A DNA stretch of 63,864 nt, filler included, from Octopus bimaculoides (GCF_001194135.2; 6 parts of 6 records of this genome joined end to end with filler, not necessarily neighbours in it); one strand, 5' to 3'; shown: positions 1 to 12,685, counted from the whole stretch's first letter. Notes: a model not told the origin generated them from the letters alone. Numbers and translations: made by a program.

Positions 1-637
1 AAATCCCGAGTTGACATTTGCTCTTCTTTCCATTCTCGCGAACTCATTTCACCCTTTTTGGATAGACTTGTGACTGGTGGCGAAAAATGGATCTTCTATC
101 GAAATGTTAAACATTGTAAACAGTGGCTTGGTAAAAGGGAAAAAGCTCAACCACAACCGAGAAGGAAACTTCATGGGAAAAAAGGTTCTTCTCTCTATCT
201 GGTGGGATTGTAAAGGAGTAATTCACTTTGAATTATTACCACCTAATGCAACAATCAATGCTCAAGTCTACTGTCAGCAATTAGAGCGTTTGAACCAAGC
301 TTTTGAAGGAAAAAAGACCCACTTTAGTGAATCGAAATGGAGTGATGTCTCATCTGGACAATGTGCGACACCACACTGCAAAGATCACATCACAGAAGAC
401 CGAAGAGATTGGTTGGGAAAAAAATTCCTCATCCACCTTATTCTCTCGAACTTGCTTCTTCAGATTACCATTTGTTTCGTAATTTACAGAATCATTTGGG
501 GGACATAACTTTCGCAAGCCAGGAGGTCGAAACTGACATTTCAGAGTTCTTCGCTTTGAAACCAAAAGAGTTTTACATTGGTGGGATTAAAAAGCTTATA
601 AGTAGATGGAAGGAAGTCATAAATAATCAGGGAAAGT
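1..637 (+). pseudogene. Decayed mariner (Tc1/mariner, DD34D-type) transposase, catalytic and C-terminal part
   Basis: Manual translation across frameshifts gives FLDRLVTG(G)EKWIFY, KKVLLSIWWDCKGVIHFELLP, HLDNVRHHTAK, PHPPYSLELASSDYHLFRNLQNHL and GIKKLISRWKEVINNQGK. There are 34 residues between the 2nd and 3rd Asp after correcting a frameshift in an A-run; the first Asp is mutated to Gly. Cut by a gap at 638. Confidence 0.92.
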
Positions 638-1056
638 NNNNNNNNNNNNNNNNNNNNNNNNNNNNNNNNNNNNNNNNNNNNNNNNNNNNNNNNNNNNNNN
701 NNNNNNNNNNNNNNNNNNNNNNNNNNNNNNNNNNNNNNNNNNNNNNNNNNNNNNNNNNNNNNNNNNNNNNNNNNNNNNNNNNNNNNNNNNNNNNNNNNNN
801 NNNNNNNNNNNNNNNNNNNNNNNNNNNNNNNNNNNNNNNNNNNNNNNNNNNNNNNNNNNNNNNNNNNNNNNNNNNNNNNNNNNNNNNNNNNNNNNNNNNN
901 NNNNNNTATATATACGTATGTATGCATGTATACTAATTTTTGCTTGTGATACGCACACACATATATTACAAAAAAAAAAAAGAAGATTTTTGCCATTAAT
1001 ACCAGATATCGGCAAATAAACTACGTTAAGACAAAAATTTTATTATTTAAACTTTT

Positions 1057-1780
1057 CGAATTAGCAAAGTAGTTCTAAATAAAATTACTAAGAAATTTAG
1101 GAGAGGAACTCGATTGCAATACTGGACGAATGGCAACAGAGTCATTAAGTAGTTTAAAGAAAATTGCAATAAACAGAATTCTAGCTTCACACTATTCAAT
1201 ACCATCGATTTTTATCTGTCGATAACGTCTTCTTTACTTAGTGAGACACCAGACTTCGCTGAGAGATATTGATGTATAGACAGATACAATAAACTTGGAG
1301 ATCATTACACATGTTACAAAGACTCTGCTCTTCGATAAGGATACAGTCGAGGTAAAAAAAACATATATGGCCCAATAAGCAATTTCCTTGCGAGTAGTGA
1401 GTCATACAATTGCACAAATATATGTTGTCATCTCAGTCTGTACTGGACGTTCTGAAAGGGAAATATAATAGTCGATACCCAGTGTCGATCGATTCAAATA
1501 AGGGATTAGCAATGATCACAACACTAATGGAGTTACATTAGATAAATGCAGGAAGAGCCTTATTATGATATTCAAAATAAAGGTTTAAAAATTTCTGTCA
1601 ATAGTTATCTAGACGTAACAAAACTCCTTCAATGTCAGCTTTAATTTAGAGAACACTTTAGCCCCTTTAGTCCCGGTGATACTGGACAATAAAAATGAAA
1701 TTAGATCAAATGGCCAAGTAGCTGTCACATTAAATGTCTGGACATCCTTTACATTTTCATAAATTATGAAGCCGAGATGG
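1057..1780 (+). mobile_element. Penelope-like element (PLE) reverse transcriptase remnant
   Basis: Frames read RISKVVLNKITKKFRRGTRLQYWTNGNRVIK*FKENCNKQNSSFTLFNTIDFYLSITSSLL, LEIITHVTKTLLFDKDTVEVKK, LDVLKGKY, NGVTLDKCRKSLIMIF and NVSFNL. These are colinear with the PLE RT motif series (QWKNT..VI.WF, FDIVDFYPSI, IIMHARKSLLF, FLDVTFNL) as recalled from family knowledge. Stops and frameshifts present; catalytic DD not recognisable. Confidence 0.75.
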
Positions 1781-2303
1781 TTTTGAAATATTATCGGAAT
1801 AATAGATTTAGAAATACTGTGCTGAGCTCAACATAAAAACAAATTATAAGGAAATATAAAAAAATCCTTATAAAAAATATTAAACTCGGACCCGGTCGTG
1901 TCAGTAACACAAAATATTAGAAAAAAAAAGTCTGTTCCATATTATAAAGTTAAGATGCAGCTTGAAGAGTTCATATGCATTTTATTTCTGCGAATGTTCA
2001 TTCCCAGGAGGTTAATTCTATATGGCGTAATTCAAGGTAGATTCTCCTCGTCATATTTACCCACTGTGATTAGTCTTGTATTTAACCCCCGTTACTGCTC
2101 TCTGTGGAGGGCTTATGCGACTGCCTAATGTGAGATATAGTTTTTAGAAGAGAACAATTTGCTGCAGGAGACTTACTTTGAAGTAAGAGCACGTATATCA
2201 CCATAATATACAATATCAGAGGCTCGCTGTTTCGACCCATTGTTTTAAGACTAGTGTTAAAATCTCAATTTTATGAATATTTGTTTAGCATCGTAGGCGA
2301 AAT

Positions 2304-2461
<158 letters not shown>

Positions 2462-3143
2462 CAAGAGAGTCAAGACTATTGAAAAGGTTGCAAGACGCAA
2501 CGAAAATCTTAGGAAAATAAAAATAATAAGTGGAAATTTTAACGGCGAGTGTGTTAAATTTTAAGGCACAATAAGAAAATGACTCTCCCCAGACACAACA
2601 GAATATGCTTCANNNNNNNNNNNNNNNNNNNNNNNNNNNNNNNNNNNNNNNNNNNNNNNNNNNNNNNNNNNNNNNNNNNNNNNNNNNNNNNNNNNNNNNN
2701 NNNNNNNNNNNNNNNNNNNNNNNNNNNNNNNNNNNNNNNNNNNNNNNNNNNNNNNNNNNNNNNNNNNNNNNNNNNNNNNNNNNNNNNNNNNNNNNNNNNN
2801 NNNNNNNNNNNNNNNNNNNNNNNNNNNNNNNNNNNNNNNNNNNNNNNNNNNNNNNNNNNNNNNNNNNNNNNNNNNNNNNNNNNNNNNNNNNNNNNNNNNN
2901 NNNNNNNNNNNNNNNNNNNNNNNNNNNNNNNNNNNNNNNNNNNNNNNNNNNNNNNNNNNNNNNNNNNNNNNNNNNNNNNNNNNNNNNNNNNNNNNNNNNN
3001 NNNNNNNNNNNNNNNNNNNNNNNNNNNNNNNNNNNNNNNNNNNNNNNNNNNNNNNNNNNNNNNNNNNNNNNNNNNNNNNNNNNNNNNNNNNNNNNNNNNN
3101 NNNNNNNNTATATATATTCTCACACCACACACGAATGCGCGCG

Positions 3144-3189
<46 letters not shown>

Positions 3190-4650
3190 TGCACACATAC
3201 GCATATATACATTTGTGTCTCTTTATAAATTTCGCTAAGAATCCATGTTTAGTTCAGTCTCGGAGAACAACCTTGGAGAAACAAGATTTCATTTAGTTGA
3301 AAACGTGAGGAAAATCTAAAGATTATTTATTCAAATATTCATTATTAAGAAATGTTCATAGTTCTTTCCTTTTTTCTTTTAGTTTTGGCATTAATCTATT
3401 TGGCGATTTCCTCCATGAATTTTCCATAATTTTTCATTTTCTCTGCGACTAAAGGCAAGAACAATTAAGAGTCAAGAGATAAAATATGCATATAGTATTC
3501 TTCCATGACTGTTTAATTAATCTAAACGATATTAGCTATTAAAACCTCTGGTTTACGGGCCATAGACACTAAATAATTAAATAAACATTAAACTTACTTT
3601 CTTTTAAATTCTGAGTTGATAGAATTTTCATTAATAAAACAACCAGAAGCAATATAATTTCGAGCTGAGTACAAACATCCATACATGCATACGTACATAC
3701 ATACATACATACATACATACATACATACACGCATATCAATATGTATGTACATACAAATGTCTAAGTGTGTGTGGGTGTATGTATATGTGTGTGTGTGTGT
3801 TCATATACGTATATGTGCCTGTGCAACTAAGTATATGTATGTATGTATGTATGCATGTATGTATGTATATATCTATCTATCTTCCTGTGTACATACATAT
3901 ATATATATATGCGTACATATATACATGCATGCATANNNNNNNNNNNNNNNNNNNNNNNNNNNNNNNNNNNNNNNNNNNNNNNNNNNNNNNNNNNNNNNNN
4001 NNNNNNNNNNNNNNNNNNNNNNNNNNNNNNNNNNNNNNNNNNNNNNNNNNNNNNNNNNNNNNNNNNNNNNNNNNNNNNNNNNNNNNNNNNNNNNNNNNNN
4101 NNNNNNNNNNNNNNNNNNNNNNNNNNNNNNNNNNNNNNNNNNNNNNNNNNNNNNNNNNNNNNNNNNNNNNNNNNNNNNNNNNNNNNNNNNNNNNNNNNNN
4201 NNNNNNNNNNNNNNNNNNNNNNNNNNNNNNNNNNNNNNNNNNNNNNNNNNNNNNNNNNNNNNNNNNNNNNNNNNNNNNNNNNNNNNNNNNNNNNNNNNNN
4301 NNNNNNNNNNNNNNNNNNNNNNNNNNNNNNNNNNNNNNNNNNNNNNNNNNNNNNNNNNNNNNNNNNNNNNNNNNNNNNNNNNNNNNNNNNNNNNNNNNNN
4401 NNNNNNNNNNNNNNNNNNNNNNNNNNNNNNNNNNNNNNNNNNNNNNNNNNNNNNNNNNNNNNNNNNNNNNNNNNNNNNNNNNNNNNNNNNNNNNNNNNNN
4501 NNNNNNNNNNNNNNNNNNNNNNNNNNNNNNNNNNNNNNNNNNNNNNNNNNNNNNNNNNNNNNNNNNNNNNNNNNNNNNNNNNNNNNNNNNNNNNNNNNNN
4601 NNNNNNNNNNNNNNNNNNNNNNNNNNNNNNNNNNNNNNNNNNNNNNNNNN

Positions 4651-4700
<50 letters not shown>

Positions 4701-4703
<3 letters not shown>

Positions 4704-4848
4704 CTGACTTCTTTCAGTTTCCGACTGCCAAATCCACACACAAAGCTTTGGTCAGCCTGAGGCCACAGTGGAAGACACTTGCCCACGGTGTCAATCAGTG
4801 GGACTGAACTCAGAACCATGTGATTGAGAAGCAAAATTCATACCACAC
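4701..4848 (-). mobile_element. SINE family A, 5' part (tRNA-like head)
   Basis: Matches the family-A copies at 33004, 35128 and 42371 (ttctttcagtttcc...gaagacacttgccc...gtgggactgaac...accatgtg). Confidence 0.8.
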
Positions 4849-4991
4849 CTGATGTCAATTTGGTGTCAAAAATTTCGTTACTCAAAACTGCGACATGTTG
4901 ACTGACAAAAAATTCTGCAAAAGACTTCGGAATGGCTACGTTGGTATCGTATATCTTCAATGTATTTTATATATTTTAACTAATATTATAT

Positions 4992-5455
4992 ATATGAATA
5001 AATAACAAAGATATACAGGTGTAAATTCGTTACGGCCGTTTCAAGAGAATCCATCTAACTGAGTAATAAAAAAACATTACATCAATTTGAAAGAAACCGT
5101 TCTCGTCAGATGACCGCATAGACTCCAAACATAAAGGATAACCCATATTTTAAATAAATTTACATCAATAACGGAAACCAAAATATTTACCTTGCATCTT
5201 TTTATTATATTTGTGGCAGGATGTGTGGCTCTCCCACAAATATAACAAAAGGAAACAATGTAAATATTTTGGTTCCCATTATTGATGTAAATTTAGTAAA
5301 ACATGGTTTATCCTTTATGTCTGGAGTCTATGCGGTCATCTGACGAGAACGGTTTCTTTCGAATTGATGTAATGTTTCCATTAATCAATTAAATGGAGCC
5401 ACTTGAAACGGCCGTAATGAATTGACAACTGTACATCTTTGTTATTTATTTATAT
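4992..5455. mobile_element. Foldback (long palindromic) element, MITE-like; about 225-bp arms and a 17-nt loop
   Basis: 5089-5127 is the perfect reverse complement of 5322-5360 (39 nt). The arms pair imperfectly from about 4996 to 5452, centred on ttgtgg(5211-5216)/ccacaa(5234-5239). Confidence 0.85.
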
Positions 5456-6016
5456 TCTGATCATCTAACTTGGAATCTGCACTTCGGAAATACTGTAGAA
5501 AGTACCTTTATAAAAAGTACATGTCTGAATTACCAAGAGCAGATATCTTCACTTAGGTGGGTTGCGTTGTCTACACACACGACAGGAATATTGGTTACAA
5601 ATACACGGAGTGTTGATATTCAATATCCAAATAATATTGTTGGGATGTGCAGATTATACCGAACTAGCAAGGTGCCTCAATATAAGTACCTAATTCAACT
5701 GAAGCAGTCAAATCTCTCTCAAATAACATGTTTAAAAACAAGAGACGGTCGGGTTGTATGGTTCGAAGTTCCTTGCTCACAGCAAAAAGATAGGATGGTC
5801 ATATCTGGAATGCCTTTAATCATAAGTCTGCTAAATCGGTGCTAGCCTGTGGTTATCCAACAACAGTAATATCGTCGTACGCCATGCTAGAAAATGCAGC
5901 TGCTGATGACGATGATGGGGATGATGATGATCACGTCGTCGACGACGACTATCACTTCCAAAACTGTCTTTCTCTCAGCAACATAAACATGTTAAACATA
6001 TCTGAAGCGAGACACG

Positions 6017-6929
6017 TACGAGTGGGTACCCAAAAGAAACCGGAATTTTGCAATATTATTTTATTCATTTAGTTTTTCATGTTTAAACTTTTATTTCCTT
6101 CAAAGCATTTTTCATTTGAAGCAATGCATCGGTCCAGACGCGTTTCCCACCGTTCGAAGCAGTGCTGGAGCTCTTGTGAAGTGATGCTTTTTAATGCCTC
6201 CTCCGTTTTTTTTTTTTTCAGCTTTTCCACATCTGCAAATTCCGTAGCACCAGCTTTCGTCACCAGTGATGACTTTCGATCGAGAAAAGGTCCGGATCAA
6301 TTTCCAACTGTTCTTTCACTTCACGACACGCATTTAGTCGTGTCTACTTTGATCTTCTATGAGCAAGCGAGGCACAAATTTTGCTGTAACTCTTTTCATT
6401 CGTAATTCCTCGCTCAAAATTAATTCTTTGTCAGGAGCTCCAGAACACACCAGTCATATCAAAAACTTCGCGAATTGTTCGATGACGGTCCTCCAATATC
6501 AGTTCATAAATTTTCATGATGTTTTCATTCATTCGGGAAGTCGACGTTCGCCCTGAACGAAATGGTTTTCAAGCGACAAATGATCATTCCTAAAGCGTGA
6601 AAATCACTCGCAAACTTGTGTTTTACTCATGGCAGCGTCCTTGTAAGCCGTTTGAAGCATGACAACTGTTTCGGCCGCCGTTTTCTCCAGCAGAAAACAG
6701 AATTTCACGGAAGCACGCTGTTCCTTCGTTACAATCATTGCAAAAATTAATGAACAGGGGAGAAGTACTGCAAATCAAGGCGCACCATGTTGCAATACGA
6801 CCTGGCTTTAGATCACCGGTCGGCTACTGATGCCTAATGATTGCATCAAGTGACCTCTAGCGGTGGAAGCCTGAATCACAATGGGCTTGTCCTACAGAAA
6901 ATATTTCCGTTTACTTTTGGGTACCTCGT
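6017..6929 (-). mobile_element. Internally deleted mariner element with both TIRs
   Basis: TIR-like ends tacgagtgggtacccaaaagaaaccggaa (6017) and ttccgtttacttttgggtacctcgt (to 6929). The minus strand reads PFRSGRTST, ELRMKRVTAKFVPRLL and VITGDESWCYG, then jumps to FADVEKLKKKKTEEALKSITSQELQHCFERWETRLDRCIASNEKCFEG*. Confidence 0.9.
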
Positions 6930-6950
6930 CACCGTTCTCACAGTCCAACA

Positions 6951-7018
6951 CTTTGGAGACGAATGCCTTTGAAGACGAATGCCTTTGGAGACGAATGCCT
7001 TTGGAGACGAATGCCTTT
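6951..7018. repeat. 16-bp tandem repeat (ctttggagacgaatgc), about 4 copies
   Basis: Directly visible; one G>A variant. Confidence 0.95.
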
Positions 7019-7838
7019 ATTCGATCCCTCGGATCGAATAAAAGCATGCCAATAAATTTATGAGACAGACACGATATGAAACTCATCGGGCACATAAACA
7101 CACACATGCATACACTCACTGTACGTATTTATGCACATTTAAGCCTACATACAGTCAACACTGATTGGAAAGTTATTCAAAACACTGAAGTATAGTATCA
7201 AATTTACTTTTACAAAGGAAAGGATGGCAATGGCTTGGAAGCTTCCACACGAGTCTACAGTAATGGACGAACTCTCGTGAAAATATATATTGTTATATGT
7301 ATTAAAATACATAATCATATAGTGACATAGTAATCCGTATCTGAACACAAGTCTTTCTGGCTGAAAACAGAATCCTGACTTAGAGATTTACCTGCATCAC
7401 CAGCAACTGCAAATTTGTAGATTCATGTAGAATTTCAGAGAACTATCAGAGGAGTATCAGAAGCAATTACAACACAGGAATATCAGATGCAACTACAAAG
7501 TCGGAGTATCAGAAACAACACCGAAGCGGAAGCAGGAGCAAGGAAACAGTAGAAATATCAAAGGTAATGATAAACCAGGTGCACCAGGGAGTATACAGAA
7601 GTAGGAGTATAAGTAACAATGGCAAAGTTGGAGTATCAAAAGAAACAAAAGCAGCAGCTTCAACATCAACAATAGCAACTGCAAAACCAAAAACCACGGC
7701 AACAAGCGTAACAGCAACAATAAAAGTAAAAGTCCACAGCAACATCGACAGCAACAACAACGACAATAAGAAACAATAGCAACAACAAAAGCGAAAACAA
7801 CAACCGCAACAATAAAAACAAGAAAAGTAGCGAGGACG

Positions 7839-7960
7839 AGAAGAAGAAGAAGAAGAAGAAGAAGAAGAAGAAGAAGAAGAAGAAGAAGAAGAAGNNNNNN
7901 NNNNGAAGAAGAAGAAGAAGAAGAAGAAGAAGAAGAAGAAGAAGAAGAAGAAGAAGAAGA
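7839..7960. repeat. (GAA)n microsatellite with a 10-N gap
   Basis: Directly visible. Confidence 0.98.
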
Positions 7961-9289
7961 AAAGAAGACAGAATTTATCAAATTCCCAGTCTAACGTCTG
8001 TAATTTCTGTTTCAATACAATTGTGTTGTAGAAATGTCAAAACTGTTTACTATAGTTTAACGTAGAAGTCAACCATTTTGTGTTTAGTATTCTACTGTAG
8101 TATACATTGTTTATTGTACTAACTAGACACCTCACACCTTCACTAACTCCACACACCATCACCAACGTCACAATAGCCATCAACACCATCATCACTGTCT
8201 CACCATCTCTACTCCCACGGCTGCTACTAACATCACTACTATCACTACAACGAAGATTACCAACACCACTAACAGTCACCACCACTTTCATCACAACTAC
8301 ACCCTCCATAAGCAATACCATCAAGCGACATTAATATCAGCATTCCCAACGCCACTAAAAACTTCACCGTCACAACTTTCTCATCGTAACTGCAATAATA
8401 ACATTATCAGCAACAACAACAAAACAAAATCTCGCTTCAATATCAATCTGAAAGGTCATTGTAAAACTAAAGAAAACATCAAAAGAAAACATCCCCCTTT
8501 TCCTCTTCACTGTCCATAAGGAAAAGCTGAAGAAATCAAAAGTATCCTCGAGAAAGTTGACCACAATATGAATTGAACCGACAACATTGAAGTATGGTAG
8601 TCTGTAGGAAGTAAGCTTTGATATGAAATTTCATTCATCCACCCACATTAATTATTTATTCCGTTAATCAGTGAATAAGCCCACGAGTCTCTTGCTTATT
8701 GAACTTCTAATAAAGACTTTTGATATGGACTATGATTAGCTGAATCGACTGAAGGCGGGTAGGGGCTTCGCTCTATCAACTGAAAGTTCAGTGGTTCTCA
8801 TCTTGTCATAGCCAAGATAATTAGATCTTAGTGGAGCAGTCTAGCCTTAAAAAAGTAACAGATTAGCAAAACATACTATGCATATGTAACAAATGATATC
8901 GTTGGATACAGACTTCCAACAAACTGATCATTATATTAACTATATTGAAAGTGAAACGTAGTCTTCGTGTACTCGACCATTGAAAATTTGAGTCTCATCT
9001 GCCAAAATGTCCCAAATCCTGATAGTCAAGTGCAGTAAGCTCCTGTCCAAACCATGAATAGTGTCATCGAAAGTTGAAACGCCGGCAACAGTTGTGAATG
9101 TATTTGTCCTATTTGTAAAACATCATCATTCATACTGTAGGGATAACATCGTTCTGAGTTCTGATGGAGTGTAGTTTGTGTGCATTTTGTTGAGTACTTT
9201 TGTTGTAGCAACCTAACTCTAGTGTTCTAAGTTGTTGATAGCAAATCTTGTCGCGGCATCAGCTCAGACTATGGCAATTATTGCTTCCA

Positions 9290-9470
9290 ATACAGGTACA
9301 AAGTGAACACTTTCGAGGAGAGGAGGCTAGTGGATACTGTCGACCCCAGTAATTGGATGGTATAAAATATTATCGATCTTGATAGGATGAAAGGCAAAGA
9401 AGGTTAAGAGCCGGAAGTAATGATGCGAGACATTTTGTTCGACGCTCTAACGGTTCTGTCACTTCATAAC
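9290..9470 (-). mobile_element. Degenerate SINE family B
   Basis: Contains gtcgaccccagt...ggatgaaaggcaaag, as in the B copies at 12324 and 20525. Confidence 0.6.
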
Positions 9471-9555
9471 AACTTTCTTTAGGATTACAGTGAGTTGGTT
9501 GAAGAAGCCATCCTGTAGAGTCAAGTGTATGTCATGGTGCTCAAGATCTATGTTT

Positions 9556-9604
<49 letters not shown>

Positions 9605-9936
9605 TTTATCCTGCTTTTGCGTAGCGCTGTGCAACGTTGTGAGATAGAATGCGGATACGTTCTGCTCATACCGACTTGCTGTCTTGAATATCAAAAATGA
9701 TTTTTCATTGATAACTTCAATTACTAAAGTGCAATATAAACTTTGACGGGCTTCTTATTCCCATTGATCGTCTACCCAAGCTTTCATTCTAGCAAGGCAT
9801 CTGTTTAAGTGAGCTGTTATTGTTGCATCACTGTCCCTTGCTGGGACAAAGAGGGACGAGTTTGCACACAGTTTTTGTACCTCTAGATGTTACTCTTTCT
9901 TACGGCACCACCATGTGAATGTATGTTATCCTATTT

Positions 9937-10401
9937 TCAAAATGCTAGACTATACGATATGAGGGAGATCTGGTGGTTATTTCCAACAGAACAAGTGGTC
10001 ACATAAAGGTTCCGATGTTGGCCAACTGTAAATATGTTTTGTTGTAGTTTAACACAGAACCCACCTTGGTCAAGCAAACCTATAATCAAAGTTGTGACAA
10101 TTTCGTCTTTTTTTAACCCAAGAATTATGTGCTTCGGACTGATTACGTAGAGGCTCTCCAGAGCATTGCATCTGATGGTGTGTGAGAGTGAAGATCGGAT
10201 GGTTTTAGACGTTTTAATAACATATCCAACACAATGACGAGGAAAAATGTTTACATCTTTGTCAAGCACCAAGATAAGGAAAGAAAAATAATATGCATGC
10301 AAAGTCTGTTTTGTCTTATTAATAAAATCTATGGTGCCAAGATTTGTCCCTAACATTTTTACAGGAGCCTGGTATTTGTTAGTTTGAGAACCGCTGTTCA
10401 A
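9937..10401 (-). CDS. Unassigned 154-codon stop-free frame; possible terminal exon
   Basis: Longest non-repetitive ORF in the window; possible acceptor ccttcttcttgaacag near its 5' end. No recognisable domain. Confidence 0.2.
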   Translation of the reverse strand: MNSGSQTNKYQAPVKMLGTNLGTIDFINKTKQTLHAYYFSFLILVLDKDVNIFPRHCVGYVIKTSKTIRSSLSHTIRCNALESLYVISPKHIILGLKKDEIVTTLIIGLLDQGGFCVKLQQNIFTVGQHRNLYVTTCSVGNNHQISLISYSLAF

Positions 10402-11555
10402 GAAGAAGGTGGTGGTGCAATGTTTTGTAGGTTAAAGGAACAAAGTGTGATTGAGAAAAACTAGGCTTTAGAACAAAGATTTTATATGGTATAAAACAAT
10501 GAAGTGGCAACAGGTTGTTAAAATCAATATTGCAGCATCTGTCATCTCAAATCTGTTTATTTTAATAGCGTTGTGTTTATCAGTATTGTTTTTTTCATTG
10601 ATTGTATTGATTTCTGAGAAAGAGTTAAATAGCTAACAAACTGTCACTCAGATTATGCTGCAAATATACTTGAGAAAGTTATGAGCATCACCATTTTCAT
10701 TTCCTTTTATTGGCCTATCTATAATATTTAATATATTTTCCCCAAAAGATGACGCTGAAGACATTAAGTGCACAACATTTTCTTTTCGAGATAACGAGGC
10801 CCCATAGGGTCGTATTCCCTGGATCTGTAGCAGTTGGACGACAACTCACCGTGTCCACCAGATATTCATTTATAGCTTTTCCCACTCGAGGAACTGAACT
10901 CGGCAGTTCAATCCAAGGAATCTTGATGTTGCTGCTAACTACAGAGGTGAGTTATACCATCGCATGGTACCTATTTCGATCGAGCTAACCATCTACGTGA
11001 TTGTTCGATCTGATTAGAAATAGAAACCAAATCTGTATAAATCACATTCTACTGTCATCAATATTGGAAAAAATGACATCAGATAATATAAACTTAGATG
11101 TACGTATACTTCGCAAAAAGAGATGAGTACAGTCGGACTGCCGTTGATTATAGATTTCTTCGATCAGGGTTGATACAGACAAAATAACTTTCCGGAGTTG
11201 ATCTCTTGGTTACGGACACAAAGTATCAGAGGTAAGATTCGACCCGATGATCCTCCGGTTGGTTGTATCATTTTTGTGCCAAACGTCTCTTCCATTCACA
11301 TTTAGGATGCATTAAAGGAATATAATCAACTTATCTGGAAGCTTGTTTTATGGATCCCAGAAGAATGAAAGTCAAAATTGATCTCACTGGGATTTGAACT
11401 CAGAATGTAAAGGATCGTAGTTAATCCTTTTTTTTTCTTTGACTCGGTCTATTACGAGAAATAACGGTCTTTTTTATACCACTGGTCAATCGAGATTTGA
11501 GCTGTAGCCCAACACGGAATGTCACGCTTTTTATAGTGTCATTGAAGTGACTGCT

Positions 11556-11873
11556 TTAGAGAGCAATCCTTGATTCTGTGTATCTTGATCCTGGGTTATC
11601 ACAGAAGACAGAATCCTTTCCATGCCTTATAGCACTGTTGTGGTCCAAAGGAGTGACGAGCAGTACTGGATCTATTTGACTGTAAGAATAGCCAAAAGAT
11701 GGTTTCGCTATAGGTTTATCACAAATTTCACTCTCTAGCTTTTGTATCACAAATGCACTGAGGTTATTTACCCACTGCTGGATATCAGTAACTCTAGATA
11801 GTGATCCATACCAAGTACTTGTCAGCCGGATCCAGCTGAGACTGGGGCTCATGTCAGGTAGGGTTGTCACACT
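11556..11873 (-). CDS. Candidate exon of an unidentified gene
   Basis: Acceptor-like ttatttcag| precedes an open frame SVTTLPDMSPSLSWIRLTSTWYGSLSRVTDIQQW...; possible internal donors GTATGG and GTAAAT. Not recognised. Confidence 0.2.
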   Translation of the reverse strand, partial: SVTTLPDMSPSLSWIRLTSTWYGSLSRVTDIQQWVNNLSAFVIQKLESEICDKPIAKPSFGYSYSQIDPVLLVTPLDHNSAIRHGKDSVFCDNPGSRYTESRIAL

Positions 11874-11968
11874 CTGAAATAATGGTTTCAGTCTCTACCA
11901 ACTACCAAAATACAACTTGATATTTTCTCCTACTTTCTTACAATTCTGTCAATGTTGATAATACCCAC

Positions 11969-12065
11969 TAGTTGTAGCAGTTATGTACCCGAATCCATGT
12001 ACTTTCTCTCTCAGAATTGCTATGAATATTGCGTGTTCCAGTGAAGGCAGTGAGCTAGCAGTGTC
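11969..12065 (-). CDS. Candidate exon of an unidentified gene
   Basis: Acceptor aaattttcag|G; the only open frame is DTASSLPSLEHAIFIAILREKVHGFGYITATT; donor-like GTGGGT. A competing acceptor exists on the + strand, so this is ambiguous. Confidence 0.2.
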
Positions 12066-12323
12066 CTGAAAATTTTGCACTATGTCACACAGTATGTACT
12101 TTGTTACATCTTTTTCGTTCAAATTTTGCTATATCTTGCAGGTCAAGTAATCATGTAATGTCTCCCTATGTACCTTTATATTAACCTTTCTAAATAAAGA
12201 CATTCGGTGCTTTTTGGGTTCTATCAGTCTAGCTAGAAGAGGTCACTTCATTGTAGGTTGGCCGAATCAGGTTTTGAACATAGAACACATACAACAAGAA
12301 CAAATGCAGCAAAGCATCTTTCC

Positions 12324-12557
12324 TATTTCTTTATTGCCCACAAGGGGCTAAACATAGAGGGGACAAACAAGGAAAGACAAAGGGATTAAGTCGATTACAT
12401 CGACCCCAGTGAGTAACTGGTACTTAATTTATCGAGCCCGAAAGGATGAAAGGCAAAGTCGACCTCGGCGGAATTTGAACTCAGAACGTAACGGCAGACG
12501 AAATACCGGTAAGCATTTCGCCCGGCGTGCTAACGATTCTGCCAGCTCGCCGCCTTA
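12324..12557 (-). mobile_element. Full-length young SINE family B
   Basis: Minus strand: aaggcggcgagctggcagaatcgttagcacg (A-box-like) ... gagttcaaattcc (B box) ... catcctttcgg ... ggggtcgatgtaatcgac ... A-rich tail. Confidence 0.9.
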
Positions 12558-12564
12558 TTTTATG

Positions 12565-12685
12565 GGAGCAACGTGAAATAAAGTGTCTTGCTCAAGAACA
12601 CAACACGCAGCCCTGTCCGAGATTCGAACTCACAACCTCACGATCGTAAGCTTGACGCTCTAACCACTGAGCCATGCGACTTCAC
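12565..12685 (-). mobile_element. SINE family C 5' half (tRNA-like head), fused to the B copy
   Basis: gtgaagtcgcatggctcagtggttagagcg...gagttcgaatc...gagcaagacactttatttcacgttgctcc; same family as 56945-57137. Confidence 0.85.

Noticed and set aside
2554-4834. Long ORFs in the track that span N runs (also at 15.1, 23.6, 40.5, 53.6, 56.2 and 57.7 kb)
   Set aside because: They are open only because N codons and dinucleotide repeats contain no stops.
5336-5372. CTGACGA within the foldback arm as a hammerhead
   Set aside because: There is no GAAA-N..NUH half of the core; a chance match.
7430-8420. S/T/L-rich ORFs resembling mucin or membrane proteins
   Set aside because: Decayed CAA/CAC/GAA trinucleotide sequence; frames are short and inconsistent, with no splice support.
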